Shown here: positions 40,718 through 56,099 of the stretch, piece by piece
Layout: every line of letters begins with the position of its first letter
How positions within the stretch are numbered: the stretch's first letter is position 1
Origin: Eledone cirrhosa
Lineage: Eukaryota
Reading direction: 5' to 3'
Assembly (NCBI GenBank): GCA_964016885.1
Contig: OZ024753.1
Location: forward strand, 4,650,001-4,714,000
DNA: 64,000 nucleotides
Translations under genes and position numbers: made by a program
The notes under the pieces: model-generated
The model's database searches: none
What the model was told of the DNA's origin: nothing
Seen by the model: only the letters and a program-made list of their open reading frames with translations

Positions 40718-40718
<1 letters not shown>
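40252..40718 (+). pseudogene. RTE-clade LINE 3' end, 5'-truncated, one in-frame stop, (TGA)n tail, inserted in (TA)n
   Basis: MLHGSDAW...LERNEASILRWMC...RRLRWY*HVMRM...RSRGRPRNTWAEVV...DRDTWR; ORFs 40126-40458 and 40462-40686 share one frame. Confidence 0.92.
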
Positions 40719-40802
<84 letters not shown>

Positions 40803-40951
40803 TATGTGTGTGTGTGTGATGTGTAATTACATAAACATGATAATTTAAACCGTTTTTTCCAACTGTCCTTTTTCCACAAACTTGTGACGCACCCTCGTAT
40901 ATGTCAGTTGTATATGTCAATCTTCACTCAGGCATTATTATTTATTCTTAT

Positions 40952-41145
40952 GAGGGCGGTGAATTGGCAGTATCGGTAGAGGGTCGGACACCATGCTTTC
41001 CAGCATAGTTACGTCCCTTTACGATCTGAGTTCAAATCCCGCCGAGGTTGACTTTGCCTTTCATCCTTACGGGGTCGATAAAATAAAGTACCAGTAATGC
41101 ACTGGGTAATTGCTGGCCTTGTGCCTAAAGTAGAAACAATTATTA
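40952..41145 (+). mobile_element. SINE family A, near-consensus copy
   Basis: GGGCGGTGAATTGGCAGTATCGG...GAGTTCAAATCC...GTAGAAACAATTATT. Confidence 0.92.
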
Positions 41146-41299
41146 TTTATTCTTTCATTTCTACACACGTTTCAATACGGCTAAACTATTACATCCTTTT
41201 GCAGAACAACTGAAAATGATCAGTTAACAATAATCCACATCATGGGTGCTTTATCTCAACCGTATATCTTCAGGAAATCTTATTCAGAACAAAATAACA

Positions 41300-41487
41300 A
41301 TAATAGTTTCTGATTTAGGCACAAGGGAACGTCGAGATTATATCGACACCAGTGTATTGCTGGTAATTTATTTTATCGACCCCGTAAGGATGAATGCAAA
41401 CCTAATCTCGGCAGAAACTCACATCGTAATGAGGTATAATCATATGCAGTAAAACATGTTGCCCGTCGATCTAACCATACTGCCCTT
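41300..41487 (-). mobile_element. Diverged SINE family A relative
   Basis: TTTATTTTATCGACCCCGTAAGGATGAA core and TTTAGGCACAAGG tail reversed. Confidence 0.7.
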
Positions 41488-41634
41488 ATATCGCATCCAG
41501 TAATACCTGAATATCTATTGTATATTCCCACTCATTTATGCAAAATGTCACCCGTTTCTTAACGACACACTGAAATATATGCAAGAAATACTATAGCTTG
41601 TTACATAAAAACATATACATCATATACATATTAT

Positions 41635-41828
41635 TCGAGCGTCCGCTGAAAGGTTCATGGACTGATTATGAAAGATTGAATCTAGTGAAATCTGACATGT
41701 ATTAATTTCAACTCTTTTTATTAGTAACTGTATTATTTCTTTCCAGAGATTATGCTGAAAACAACCTCATTTACTCATTCCATCGGAGTGTTTTGGTCAG
41801 TCTATTAACCTTTCAGCTGACCCTTGTA
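41635..41828. mobile_element. Tc1/mariner-type MITE
   Basis: Imperfect ~30-bp TIRs CGAGCGTCCGCTGAAAGGTTCATGGACTGA / TCAGTCTATTAACCTTTCAGCTGACCCTTG, followed by TA. Confidence 0.7.
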
Positions 41829-42874
41829 TATATTTGTCTCTCACATTATATTTGTTTTTGTCTATAACTCAGCTGGCGAGGGTATAGCTTTTGAATTACA
41901 CAATCCGGAGGGTAAATGTGTCTTGCATGATGACAAAGTGTTATGTCGATGACATAATGATTTCTCTTACTAATCCAGAAGAAATACGATAAAATATTTA
42001 CATTTATCATGTCAAGTATGTGGTATAAACAATGTCACGATTGAAAATGCAATAGCGAACACACTGACTCTTCAAATGTATATAGAATAACTATTTATTC
42101 ATATTAGTCTATTCCTGATTTAGATACTGAAGTGCAATTCCTGTCCAAAAAGATTAACTGAACATAGCTTTCTGACACTCTCTTCCTGACACTTACATAA
42201 TGCGAGAATTTTAAATATATTTGTGGTATGATTTAATGCAGTTTTCTTGAGTGTTTGAGAGAGTGTGTGTGCGATTTAGTGTATGTGTAAATAGATGTAT
42301 GTGTATGTGAACTTTGTGTATGTGTGTGTGTGCTTGTGTGTATGTATGTGTGGGTTCGCGTATTTCTATCTAAGTAGCATTGTGTTATGGAAGGTTGCAT
42401 CTAGTTCAAGTAATCCATAATACACTGGGAATAACTAATATTAACAAACATAAACTAGAAGCTATGAATTATACATGAAATGAAGTCATTCCTTCTGAAA
42501 TATTTTAGTACTCTCATAATCTGAATTGAGTGCTGTCGTTAAACCGTTAGATATTCTACTATTTGCGCGTTTGCACAATTGTAATATTAAACAGTACCTC
42601 TTCTGTATAAGAGACATATATTTAGCATTTACGTTATTAGATAATTAATGATGGCTCTAATCACAGATCAATTGTTAAAGAAAACTAAAGAGGAACACTC
42701 AACCAATACAGGGAGGTAACTATACCTGCATTTATTATGAGCCAAAATGTTGTATACTTTCTTCTACTTTTGTTAGGTTTCCAGATAAAAGAATGATGAA
42801 AGACGGGATGGATTAGGGTGTATAATAACCATATAATTATTATCATTATTATTACAAACAGACAAACACACACT

Positions 42875-43005
<131 letters not shown>

Positions 43006-43784
43006 ATGGGTGTGTGAGAGTGTCAATCTTCCTTTACACTTATTTTTTATTGCCTTAAAATAGGGGTTGATAAAAGAGTTCGTTGAAATGGTTTCATGTG
43101 ATCAGGTAAATCCCTTCAAGACATTTATCTGACATACCTGCAGTTTAATTATTGAAATAAAAATAAAAGAATGAAAACTAAAATCACTCCTAATCATCAC
43201 CAAGATATTTGAACAGTGTCGTTTAATTTCCTTATAAAAGCTTTGCCTATTAGCTTCAATCCTCCCTCGTTTCTTAGGTTCGATTCGTTCTGGTAGATTA
43301 TCGTCACTTCTGCTGGTGGAAATGCATTTGATCAATTCTCCATAGAATCATACTGCACCCTGTAGAAACGATATGTAACACATTGTGTAACCACCTGTGT
43401 CCACACTGTATGTTATGGTAGAACACAGTACATTCCACATCATATTACAAGAAGGCACTTAGCATATCTCACACTTATACCTGCCCACTTCCGATATTTG
43501 CAATGAATGTTTGAGCGACATCACGAATAACTTAATATCATTTCCACATTTTTCATCTTTTCTTCAATATTTTTAGCAAACGACTTCATACACGATACTT
43601 TTAACCTCGACCTTTTCCCTTGCGACGTAATGCCTTGCGAGTTTGCTATGATCATTCATCCATCACAATTGTAGGTTTTACTTTCCCCGATGCCGACCAA
43701 AACCTACGCAGCGTAACCCATGTAAAGTTGTTTATCAAGCACTCCTTCATCCGAGCATTCGCGTCCGTGATTTTGAAAGTACAA

Positions 43785-43821
<37 letters not shown>

Positions 43822-45221
43822 TATATACAGAGAGAGAGGGGGAGAGAGAGAGGGTGGAGACAGAGAGAGAACAATATCCCTCCCTCAATCTCTCTCTATA
43901 TAGGTGTGCGTGTGTCTCTGTGTATGAATATATATATATAAATATATATATATATGTGTGTGTGTGTGTTTACATTCAATTATATATATTTATTTATATA
44001 GAGAGAGTGGAAGGGAAGAGAGAAAAAGAGATGGGGAGAAACAGGCTGATAGTCAGTCAAAAATAAGTAGTAGGTAGATAAATATATTTTGTTTCGCATT
44101 TCTGGCGTGTATAACAAATGTTTAGTACATATATGTATGTATATATGTGAATATTCCGGATGCTTGTCTATCTATGCGTGTATGTATGTACTCCTGTCAT
44201 AAAGAAAGAAATATTGAACAACATATAGCAAAGTCTAGCTTTCATAAAAAGATGAATGCAGCCAGGACATACGATTAATCAGTTTGAAGAAAAATATATA
44301 AAATCGTCGAATTGTATGTTTTACACAATTCTGCTCTTCATAAAAATCTATTCTCTTCTATTCTTAAACACAATATTGAAATGATTTTTTACCTTTTCTT
44401 ACGATGAATGTTTTTTCATGATACGATAACTTTTACGTGAACAGACAAATGCGCCTATCAAATAGCCCAATGAACAGAAGGTAAATTGCCGTTCCCTTCT
44501 GACATTTTATGTAAAGATAGATTTTGTTTTGCTTTGTTAACTCTTACTATGAAACCATTTTTCTTTTCCCTTCAATCTAAAAAGAAGTCTATTGGCATCA
44601 TCATTAGCTCTGCTTGTTCCCTCTTTTTAGTAACCAGGGGAAACAGCCAGTAGACGTATATCTTGGAAGGTTGTATGTTCGTTTATATTTATTAGTTTTA
44701 ATTTAATGTATATTTTTGCTATTTTATCTTCCTGTCTGAAGGCAACATTTTACATAGCAGAGTTGAAGTTAGTCACCAATCAAATTTTAGTTCTGCTCAT
44801 TGAAATACAAGAAATACAAAGATTTTTGAAAACTCAATTTCTTTTTTTAACCTCAGCCTTCATAAATGGTAAATGTCACTTCTACCTACATCTCTGCTTT
44901 CAGCAAAGAATTGTGAAGGAAAATAGCTAGCATTAAAAATTATCGCTTTATTGAAGCATTCAATAATAATATAACAAATAAGAGGAACTTCTTTAATCAA
45001 GAATATATTATACTATATAAGCAGACATACAGACATACAGACACACACACACAAACAAACACACACGTGTGTGTGTGTACCTGTCAGTACTAGTAAGAAT
45101 GATATATACATACATACACCTACACACACTCAAATATATACGGGTACGACGAAATAAGTAAATACATATGATTATATATATGTATACATATATATATATA
45201 TATATACATATATGTATCTCC

Positions 45222-45274
<53 letters not shown>

Positions 45275-46369
45275 CATGGCATGTTGCTAATACGACTTTG
45301 ATTTGAACAATAAAACTGTAGATTTGAACAATATATCTCAAATGTTCTTTGTATCGACTATATCCATATATGTTAACGATCTGAAATAATAATTCCCGCG
45401 GTCTTATATAGCTATTATATACACACCCAAACTCCTCCCCATATATGTGTATATATATATAAATCTGGGTGGGTAATGTATGGCACACGAAAGCACCTCA
45501 CAATCTACTACATGGTAAACAAATGTGGTTAGACTGAAGCACTAAAAGTAAACATTTTATTTAACATTTCTGAAAGTTTGAGAGATGTAGAAGAAAAACT
45601 ACAAGTGTCACGCATGAGGAATACATCAAATAAAACACGCCTGTATGTCAGGATAGGGGAAAATGCTGTTACGTTTAAAGGAAGGTGAGGGGGGAGGTAA
45701 CTGTAAAACAGTCTATATGTGTGTTTTTATGGTGTAGTCAGGCCAGGCATGCGTGTGTATGTTTAAATGTTTGGACTATGTATTTTATGGTTTCAGGGTA
45801 TTGGTTATGATGTAAGAGTGTTTGAAACCAGAATTTTTAATGGGTTTTAAATTGTCTTTTATGGAGTTTCGGGAGTGTGTATGTTTCTGTTATTATATGC
45901 TGTGTGTATGGGGGGGAGTAGTGTCTATGTGTGCAGTTTTACACCTATGTATGTGTGAGTGTGTAGTAGTCTTTAGTGTGCGTTTGTTTCGTTGTTATGG
46001 GTTTATCGTATTTTTAAATTCCGTGATTACAGAATGCTACCATACAGCATATAAACGCAATCGGAAAACGAGAACGAAGAAAAAATATAGAGAGTAATAA
46101 CGGGAATGTGGGAAGTTAGTGGAAAATTCTACACCTCTGTCTATGCGGTAAATCTCAGCCGCATCTCGCAGCAAAAATGTCGAAACTTTTGCCGAGGGTT
46201 GCTTCAGCATCTCTACGTCACGTGACTATTTCCTCATGTGGGATGCACCACTCCCAATATTGGGAGCGAGGTTTCTTAACAGGTTCATGGTTCTTCTGGG
46301 TGACTTGTTGGCCTTCCGCAGAATTGTCACATGATGGGCTGCCATTTTGGCGACTAGCCGACAGGTAGT

Positions 46370-46515
46370 AGATCACTGTTGGTCTGGAACCTCCCAGGGA
46401 GACCGGCCAACCTAGCGTAGCCCTACAAGGAGCAAAGTTCCAGGTGGTAACGCTCTCTTGAATTTACGGAACACACAAGCGCCCTCGCCACGATAAGGTC
46501 AGATCCAGCGAGGAC
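46370..46515 (-). mobile_element. RTE/BovB-like LINE 5' UTR with HDV-like ribozyme fold (decayed)
   Basis: CCTTATCGTGGCGAGGGCGCTTG...GTAGGGCTAC...CCAGACCAACAGTGATC resembles RTE 5' ends as recalled; P1 GUCCUC/GAGGGC, P2 GGAUC/GAUCU. Confidence 0.6.
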
Positions 46516-46629
46516 TCCAGCGATTTCGGAGGTGACCAGCTCGAAATGGAAGCATTCGGCTACCGTCACCATGCAAATAATGGAAAGAGGAATGTAACAA
46601 TGTAGAGAATTTGGGGTTTGAAACACATA

Positions 46630-46940
46630 CCATGGATTACAATGGGAAGGTAGTAATGTTACTTTCATTGACATCAAATTAAATTAATGGCCCATGTAAT
46701 ATATTATTTAAAGATGTGAACAGATTTAGAATTTAGTGTTTGCTTGGGTTGTAATCAGATATTATTGATGAAGAGTGGTTATCTATTCAAAACAAAATGT
46801 AAGAAAGAAATTTAAAAAGTGAGTTCAATGAAAACAGTTCTAGTGAACCTGAAAGCATTCCTGGTTGTCTGAAAGATAAATGTAGAAGATTTGCTCCCAA
46901 ATACTATATGTAATCAATGCATTAATTCATATTGTTAAAT
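46630..46940 (+). pseudogene. Possible highly decayed piggyBac-like transposase C-terminus
   Basis: Frameshifted pieces FIDI / IN-HVIY / LEF and Cys-rich CLKDKC...ICNQCINSYC. Confidence 0.3.
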
Positions 46941-49457
46941 ACCAAATCAATCAGACAAATTATTAGGGATCATTAAAATTGCTGATGCAAAGTTCTACCG
47001 TTCTCACCCTTTTCTAAGTTCTTTTGTCTTGTTTTCTCTAATTCATATTAACTTGGCACTTATAATCCCACTCGCACTGTCGGGCTTCCAAATAATTAAA
47101 CGTATTACCTATTTCTTATTCAACAACGCCCAATGCAAACTCCAACACTTTGCTAGACAAATATGTTTTTAATAACTTAATTTCAAACATGATACTAATA
47201 TTGGAAACAACCATAACAAATTGTCAAATTCCAGATGTGGACTATAATCATTATATTCATTCAGTCACCTTAGAAATATGCATTTTGAAATGAAGCATGC
47301 AGCTTCAAAACAAGAATCTTAGAAGTTTCGTAATAAATAATAACTTACTGCGTGAATGGGTGGTGCTAAAGTTGCGTACAATAACAAAACATTTTAGAGA
47401 TATTTACAACTAGAAGCAAATCTACAAAGCAAACAGATTTGAATAGTTGAAACTTTGTGTTCTAATAGTTAGAAAGGGGACGGTTCCATAGCCAAAATAT
47501 AACAGAAACGGAGATAATTTCCCAGATGTAAGATTCACGTCTAATTGATTTATTTTGCTTGGAAAATTGTTATCAATGGATTTTCCCTCTGTCTATCACT
47601 ATCAAAACCATTTTGTCATTTTGTGACAAGCTGAAAGAATTCAAATTGTATTCCCCATTTCTGTCCACGTCTTTCTATTATAATATATACTATACTTTCC
47701 TTGTATTTAATCTAATCTTTATGTTGTATATATGCTTAACTTTGTATGTTGTATATATGCTTAACTTTGTATGTTGTAACTTCACTTCTTTTATATTGAA
47801 TAAACTACAATGTCCTTTGTAGGAGGTAATCCTCATGACTGGAATTTGTAATTTTCACAAAATAAATATAATTCCTGGTTGTGCCAATAACAAGGTGGCA
47901 AGAAAAGAAAGACAAAGGGAAGATGAATGTTGTAAGGAACAAATGAAATATGAGGGTTAAGAAGAAATCTAAACTAGAAATTCCAAACTAAAATTGAATA
48001 TGTGGTTGAGTAAAGAAATCTTTCTCACCAAATAGGATACTAGCAAAATAGTTTCAGATAGATATATAGATTTATTCCAGAAATTATAAAAGTGGAAATA
48101 TAAAAGGGTATGATGACGGACATGCAATGTTTGGTTGGCAAAAGTAAAGCAACCAACGACTAATACGTGAGGAGCAGAAAGGTAACTATAATTCCTATTT
48201 GTTAGCATTTCCAATTGAATAGAATGGAAATTCTGTTTTCTTCCAATCTTATTTGCTAAGCGGCTTTTATTATCTTCACATTTTTCATTTGAAACAAGTG
48301 CCCTTGAAGTACATCTTGAGGTATTATATTTAGATTTTAGATTATTCAGTTAGAGCATTTAAGTATTATCAGATATATTATACAAACAAATGCTAATTAA
48401 TACCTTCAAATTAAATATAATATACTTCACTGAAGAAACATAATCTACTATTATCTCACTTATGTCGAAATCTATTTTTTTATAATCCTCCAGAATATAC
48501 TTCAAAGTGGGGTATATTGTGCCTGAAGTAGAAACAATTATTTTATAAATGACATACAGTGATATGGAGTAGTAGCGTTATGGAATTGTTAAAATACATA
48601 ATCTGTAGCGAATGAAAATATATGAAACCCAAACCCATTCCAAACATTCAGAATTCGAAAACATCATGTATTATAATCTATACTAATTATGGTATAGCTT
48701 TTCTTATAAGGGGGAACAAAAGTAATATAAAATAATTAAAGATAGATGACATTATTTTTCTGTCTGGTTTGGATATTGATTAAAAAAAACAAATAGTAAA
48801 GTATCATTTGGGATGATGTAATAACATTTGAAGCAATTACAAATAGGGTTTCAACGAAAGTGACGATTCCATCTTTACAGTGTCATGATATTCAATCAGC
48901 TATAACAATATAAGCAAGAAAACAGTATTAAGCAATAGTTTGATCGTCATAAAATAAAACAAAGTTGATACTTTGATATATATTGCGGCGGTCTTAAGTG
49001 GCAAAACAACACATGACAGATAAGAAAATAATCTCTCATCAAGTTGAGGTATCTTTGCCATACATGAAATTTAGTGATAGGTGATCTGACATTAAAAACA
49101 ATGAGATCTTTGAGAGAACATTAGAAATCAATCCCAATGAGAATTAATGGGGAGATTACAAGACAATAATTTATCTATCAATCAAAAACCTTAAAGTCAT
49201 AAATTTTAGTGATCAAAGAAGCACTGAATGGTGTATTGTAAAAGTTAAGTACCCAAAAAGCCGAATGTAAGATAATGTTTTCAATTTTCGGTTAAAACGC
49301 CATCAGCTATGCTATTAACCGCATTTATATGTATATGTTTATATATATATATGTATGTATGTGTGTGTGTATGTGCGTGTGTGCGTGCGTGTCTGTGGCT
49401 GTGTGTGTGTCTGTTGTCCATATATGTGTGTATGTATATATGTATGTATATATATAC

Positions 49458-49499
<42 letters not shown>

Positions 49500-49764
49500 T
49501 CATCATCATCATCATCATATTTGATTCTCAATACACAAAGGATATCTCTTGGACCACTAAATGTACGGAAGGTTAATATGCTTTACGTATCATCTAGATT
49601 TTAATACAGTCACATAAACGAGTCACATAAGACAACGCACACACTCGTATACGCACTGCTGAACGAGCACACTTACACTAATATAAATGATAATAATACC
49701 TGTGTTTATGTATAAACACATACATACGTTACCCCTCTTTCTTACAGTACAAATGTATAAAGAC

Positions 49765-49850
<86 letters not shown>

Positions 49851-50713
49851 TGAGAGAAAGAGAGTATGTATGTTTGCGTATGTGTTTGTGTGTGTTTGAG
49901 TGAGCGTATTATGTATATTCTCGTCCCTTGATATATTTCCCATAATCGTTATGACAAAGCGAGACGTGTTTAATAGCCGCAATTAATTATATATGTTCAC
50001 TTCAATGTTAAACTCTTCAGAGTTTTAAAGACCGTCTCTGTTTAATGGGACTTATGTATTCTTCCCTAAACCATAATGATTTATCTTTCATTGAAACGTT
50101 ACTATAAATCAGAATAATAAAACAATTTGTGGCTACAATTTTCGTGAATAGAAATGATTCCATTAAATATATTCATTGTAATATCAGAACGAATGAAGAC
50201 TTTCATTGAGACATCACCACAAACATTATCTCGTAATAAATTATCGTACCAGATAGAATTCCAAATATATTCCGACGAGTTATTCTACGATAAACCTACA
50301 ATTCTATCTGCATTAAAAGTTCTATACACTATTGTTGTGAAGTGAGTCATGTCACCCTGATGATTGCATTACTTCTGTCGAACAATTTCTGTTCAATGAC
50401 ATTGAAGAACTATTCGCATTCGTGCCAGATAATGTACACAGTTCATAGCAAATATATTTACGGCAGTACCAATGTTTTGGTACAACATCTTTCTTTAATG
50501 CGAAAAGAGCAGCCAGCATTAATAGCTCGATTTACGACATGCTGCTAACCGTTCCAATAACACTTAAGCATGTATAACACTTTAGACGAATGAAGCAATT
50601 AGAGTCGCAAATTCGGAAAAATGAAACGAATAAAACACATTAACATCAAAAGAACTGATATATATAAACACTCACACACACACACATATATATGTGTGTG
50701 TGAGTGTGTGTAT

Positions 50714-50772
<59 letters not shown>

Positions 50773-50788
50773 TACATACATAAATACA

Positions 50789-50819
<31 letters not shown>

Positions 50820-50898
50820 TTACGTATGTATATATATATATGTATATATATATATGTATATATATATATATGTATATATATGTGTGTGCGCGTGTGTG

Positions 50899-50970
<72 letters not shown>

Positions 50971-51519
50971 TATACGTATATAAATATACGTATACCTATA
51001 TCGAAAGCGATGACAAAATAAACAATTAAAGTATTAAAGTAATCGAAAAACATAAGAAACAAACTCTTACTTCATATAAAGCCAAGTATAGACGCAAAGA
51101 TCACAAAGCTATATATAAAATAAATACAATCGTTTTAATAAAAATGAAAACGTAGAAAAGTAAACTTTTAAATCTATTCCATTAAAGCATTGATAAAATG
51201 GTTGCCGAAAGAAACGAAATTTTTTTTCGAATCCTTGTGGTTTGAAACGCAGATGTTTGAGATTTGTTTAATATTTTATTTTAGAATACCATTAATTTAT
51301 GATATTTATCATTGTTACTAATTTTATTATTCCTATTATTGGCATTAATGTTTCTTTGATAAAATTATTATTTCTATTTTTATTACTTTGTCATTCTAAG
51401 ATTATTGCTACTAAGTATAAATTTGTTAGTAATAAAAGACTTCCTGTTATTGTCAAATTTGTTGTTGATGTTCTTGTCCTATTTCTTCTCCTTCCTTCTC
51501 CTATCTTTCTTGTTGTTTT

Positions 51520-51591
51520 TTCTTCTTCTTCTTCTTCTTCTTCTTCTTCTTCTTCTTCTTCTTCTTCTTCTTCTTCTTCTTCTTCTTCTTC
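51520..51591. repeat. (TTC)n microsatellite
   Basis: Direct inspection. Confidence 0.95.
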
Positions 51592-52491
51592 GTTTTACTA
51601 TTATTACTTTATTATTATTATTATTATTTTTAGTATTGTTATTATCATTGTCGTTATTGTTATTATTATAACTATTATTATTGTTCTCATTATTGATAGT
51701 ATTATTATTCATATTATAAGTTCTTTCATTTCGAAGTTTGGACTTAACAAAATCTCCAGTTCTTAACGTCAAGCATGTAATGGCTGCATTGTTAAAGAGT
51801 GATAATTTCCGCCCAATTAAAATTTTGAAGAAAACAATCATAAAATTGTGTATCTTCCATTATTACTATCGATTTTCTCAGGTGTGAATATATAGATAGA
51901 TATATGTGTATGTGTGTAAATGTGAATATATATATATATATTTCTTTATATATGTATATATATATATGTATGTATACGTGTTTGTGTGCGTGTGTGATCT
52001 GTGTGTTTGCGTGTGTGTATTTATATTTAAATATATACATTCGAAATTATATGCATACATACACGAAATGGTATAAAAAGTGTCAGAAAGAACTGTCATG
52101 ATGAAGACAAATATTTCAAAAGAGACGCTTTAAAAAGGTATCTAAAGAAAATGATACAAAAATATATTCAGAAATATTTAAACAACAAAAATATTTCTTT
52201 TGCACCCACACTCAGGCACATATATAGGCGCGACCAGACAAGAAGAAATATCGGCATATAAAATATATATAGTGTATAAATGTTTGTGTGCAATTGCATT
52301 TCTATTTCGGGCTATATGTACACACATGTTTATATGTATGTATGTATACATACACACATATATTCAGACTGATACAATTGACATGCACCCTGCCACATCC
52401 AAATCTACACACACCTAGACACTCACACGCGCACACACACACACACACACACACATACACATACACACATGTATATATAGATATATAGATA

Positions 52492-52587
<96 letters not shown>

Positions 52588-52758
52588 CATATACATATAG
52601 ATACATATATATATATATACATATATGTATATACATATGTACATATATGAACATTTATATGTATATTTACATGTACACATATATAATTATTGATATATAT
52701 ACGCATATACATTTACGAATATATATATATATATATATAAATATATATATAAATATAA

Positions 52759-52838
<80 letters not shown>

Positions 52839-53346
52839 GTGTGTGTGTGTGTGTATGTGTGTGTGTATGTGTGTGTGTGTGCGGATGGATCGATAGATCT
52901 CTCTATGTGTGTGTATGTATACATTTGCATTCACATATAGTCGTGTATTTACGTATGTATACTTATTATACATATATAAGTTTACCGGTGTAAATATACA
53001 TATAAATATGTACTATTTACATATATGCATATACGTATATAAATATTTATGTATAGCAACATAAAATAGGTGTATTAAAAAAACTATGAAAAGCAGCAAA
53101 ATTTTAAAAGTAATACTAATGCCAAATTGAGTTGAAATTTAAATGAAATAGACTGCTTTATCTTTCAGTGTCATCACTTAATTGATTTCCAGTCTAATGT
53201 TTGTGCCACATGTTTATATTATAAAGTGAGCGTTACAGCGGATTTTAAGTAGAATGTTTCTTCACACAGATAACATATATATATATACGCACACACGTAT
53301 ACGAACAAACAATCCACGCACATACATACAAACAGATATATGTATA

Positions 53347-53414
<68 letters not shown>

Positions 53415-53516
53415 TGTATGTATGAGCGTACGTATGCGCCTGACTATTTATTTCTATTCCTATTGCTTATTTTTAAGTAATTTCGACCTGGTTTGTTGGA
53501 AAACTTATTTTATATA

Positions 53517-53647
53517 AGGACCGTTCGGATCTAGCCGTTGAAATGGCCGGAGCTTAGCCGTGGGGGTCCTAACTCTTTTCCTATTACCCTAAGTATCGAG
53601 TACTCTGGTACGTTATGGTCCACCTGGTTTCTTACCTTCTTTGTTTT
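53517..53647 (+). mobile_element. Family B element, 5'-truncated
   Basis: GTTCGGATCTAGCCGTTGAAATGGCCGGAGCTTAGCCGTGGGGGTCC...GAGTACTCTGGT...TGGTCCACCTGGTT, then (TA)n. Confidence 0.8.
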
Positions 53648-53694
53648 ATATATATATATATATGTGTATGTATGTGTGTGTGTGTGCGTGTGTG

Positions 53695-53815
<121 letters not shown>

Positions 53816-54067
53816 GTGCGTGTATGTGTGTGTGTGTGTTTGTTTGTGTCTGTGTGTCTGTGTGTTAATCCCCGGGTCTAATACTATTATCTTGTAAAAT
53901 TTGAATTGATTTAGTCGAGCTGTTTGAGAATGCATGAGGAAAAGACAGACAAATAAGTTTATATAGAGATAAACAATACGTATATTCATATGTTTATCGC
54001 TATTTCGGAGTACCAATACATACACACTCACTCACACACACACACAAACCCCCCCCCCCCCACACAT

Positions 54068-54106
<39 letters not shown>

Positions 54107-54242
54107 AAATAATGTCCCTGGAATTGCAAAATAAAACACGCCTTGTTGAGGGGGCTTTAGTATATTAATATCATACCCACATGAAGTCGTTTATTTTACT
54201 GATTAACGTATGAATGCACTCTGAGTAATGAATGTGTATACC

Positions 54243-54283
<41 letters not shown>

Positions 54284-54638
54284 ATTTATGTGTATGTGTA
54301 TATATATATAAATATCTGTGTGTGTAAATGTTTACCTGTCACTGGCTGAAGTGTTTATATCTGTATCCAAAATGTTCATAAACATATGCAATTTCAATAT
54401 TCCTCCACACACACCAATTTATGATTTTATATTCATATACACAAATATACACATCCGCATATAAATATATAATCTGTGTCTCTTATTATCTGGAGGTATG
54501 GTCAAATGTGGACCTTAAAACCTAGGGTAACATTTTTGTTCCGTGTATGTATGAACATGAATAAATAATATATTTCTGAGCTCTTTCCAATTAAGCACTG
54601 TTTTCCTTTTTCCTTTTATCCTTTTTACAGATATTGCT

Positions 54639-54698
<60 letters not shown>

Positions 54699-54792
54699 GG
54701 GGGGGGGAAGAAAGAGAAAGAGAGAGTAAAGAACGGAATAACAAGAGAGTAGTATATATGGATATATGAGCGTATTTAACACATACATGCTC

Positions 54793-54826
<34 letters not shown>

Positions 54827-55754
54827 ATATATATATACATATCTCTCTCTCTCTATATATATATATACACACATATATATATATATATGTATATATATAT
54901 ACATACATATATATATAGAGAGAGAGGGGGGAAGAGAGGGGGAGGTTTAAAAAAGAGAAAAAGAAGTATATGTGACTATGCGTATGAATTTATGTGCATG
55001 TATGTGTGTTTGTCTGCATATATACAAGGTAGTAAATGCTTTGTAGTCATAAGATGGTGATTCAAGCGTGGGTGGGTGCGCGTGTGTTTATAAACTTGCA
55101 CGTATATACGTAGGTTGCATTCTTTTTTATTGTGGTTGCTGTTGTTTGATGTTAAACTGTTCATTCTTAATTGTTAAGAGGTTTTCATTTTAAGTAATTT
55201 CTTCTAATTGAATGGAGATCAGAGGGAATTAAAGTAAAAATTTGTTAGAATAGACAGATTTAATTGAACAATGAAGGATGGGCGAAATGTAGTCAGCTGT
55301 AGGTCATTAAGTTTTCATTTACAAACAACAGCATCCCCATGAATAACAAAAACAACCAAAATGAAAATCAGTGAGGTGAAAACTAATTCAGCCGTCATAA
55401 AGAAAGTTATCAAAATGCTTTCAATCATGTATTATGGTTAAAATAACTTAACAGACCATGGAACATATAAATGTATTCTCTATAACAATCTATATTTATC
55501 TTAAATCGAAAATAAATTCGGGGAAATAACACATTGTGAGAACATACGGGACCGAAAAGCCAAGAACCGCGGCTTCGATCAATTTAATTTAGAGCCACGT
55601 TACATATCTATTGTCAAATATAATTAATATGACCATATTGATATCAAGCTTATTATCACATTGGTTTTAAAAATAGATGGTGTTCATCCTTGTACACACA
55701 GAAATAGTCTCTTGTGTGTATTTTTTTTGTGTGCTTATATATATATATGTGTGT

Positions 55755-55937
55755 GAGTCCCAGGTTCAATCGGGGATAACCACAGTAAGTAAGGTATTAT
55801 ATACATTAGTAGAGTGTATACAACAACTTTAATAGAGAAATGGCTTCTACAGGACTATAACTGTTTTATTCGAAGGAAATCACCTAATGATTTCCTTCGA
55901 ATGAAACAGCTGTAGTCCTGTAGAAGCCATCTCTATA
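55755..55937 (-). mobile_element. Family C element with ~45-bp fold-back centred on the hammerhead CUGAUGA box
   Basis: ATGGCTTCTACAGGACTA...GAAGGAAATCA / TGATTTCCTTCGAATGAAACAGCTGTAGTCCTGTAGAAGCCAT; the plus arm reads CTAATGA-T-TTC(CTTC)GAA-T-GAAACAGCTGTA. Confidence 0.75.
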
Positions 55938-55962
55938 TTATTAAGTCTGTTATATATATAAA

Positions 55963-56080
<118 letters not shown>

Positions 56081-56099
56081 GTATATATATATATATGTA

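Noticed and set aside
54488-54532. GGTC..GACC followed by AAACCTAGGGTA, possible fossil hammerhead
   Set aside because: Both core boxes are degenerate; not distinguishable from chance
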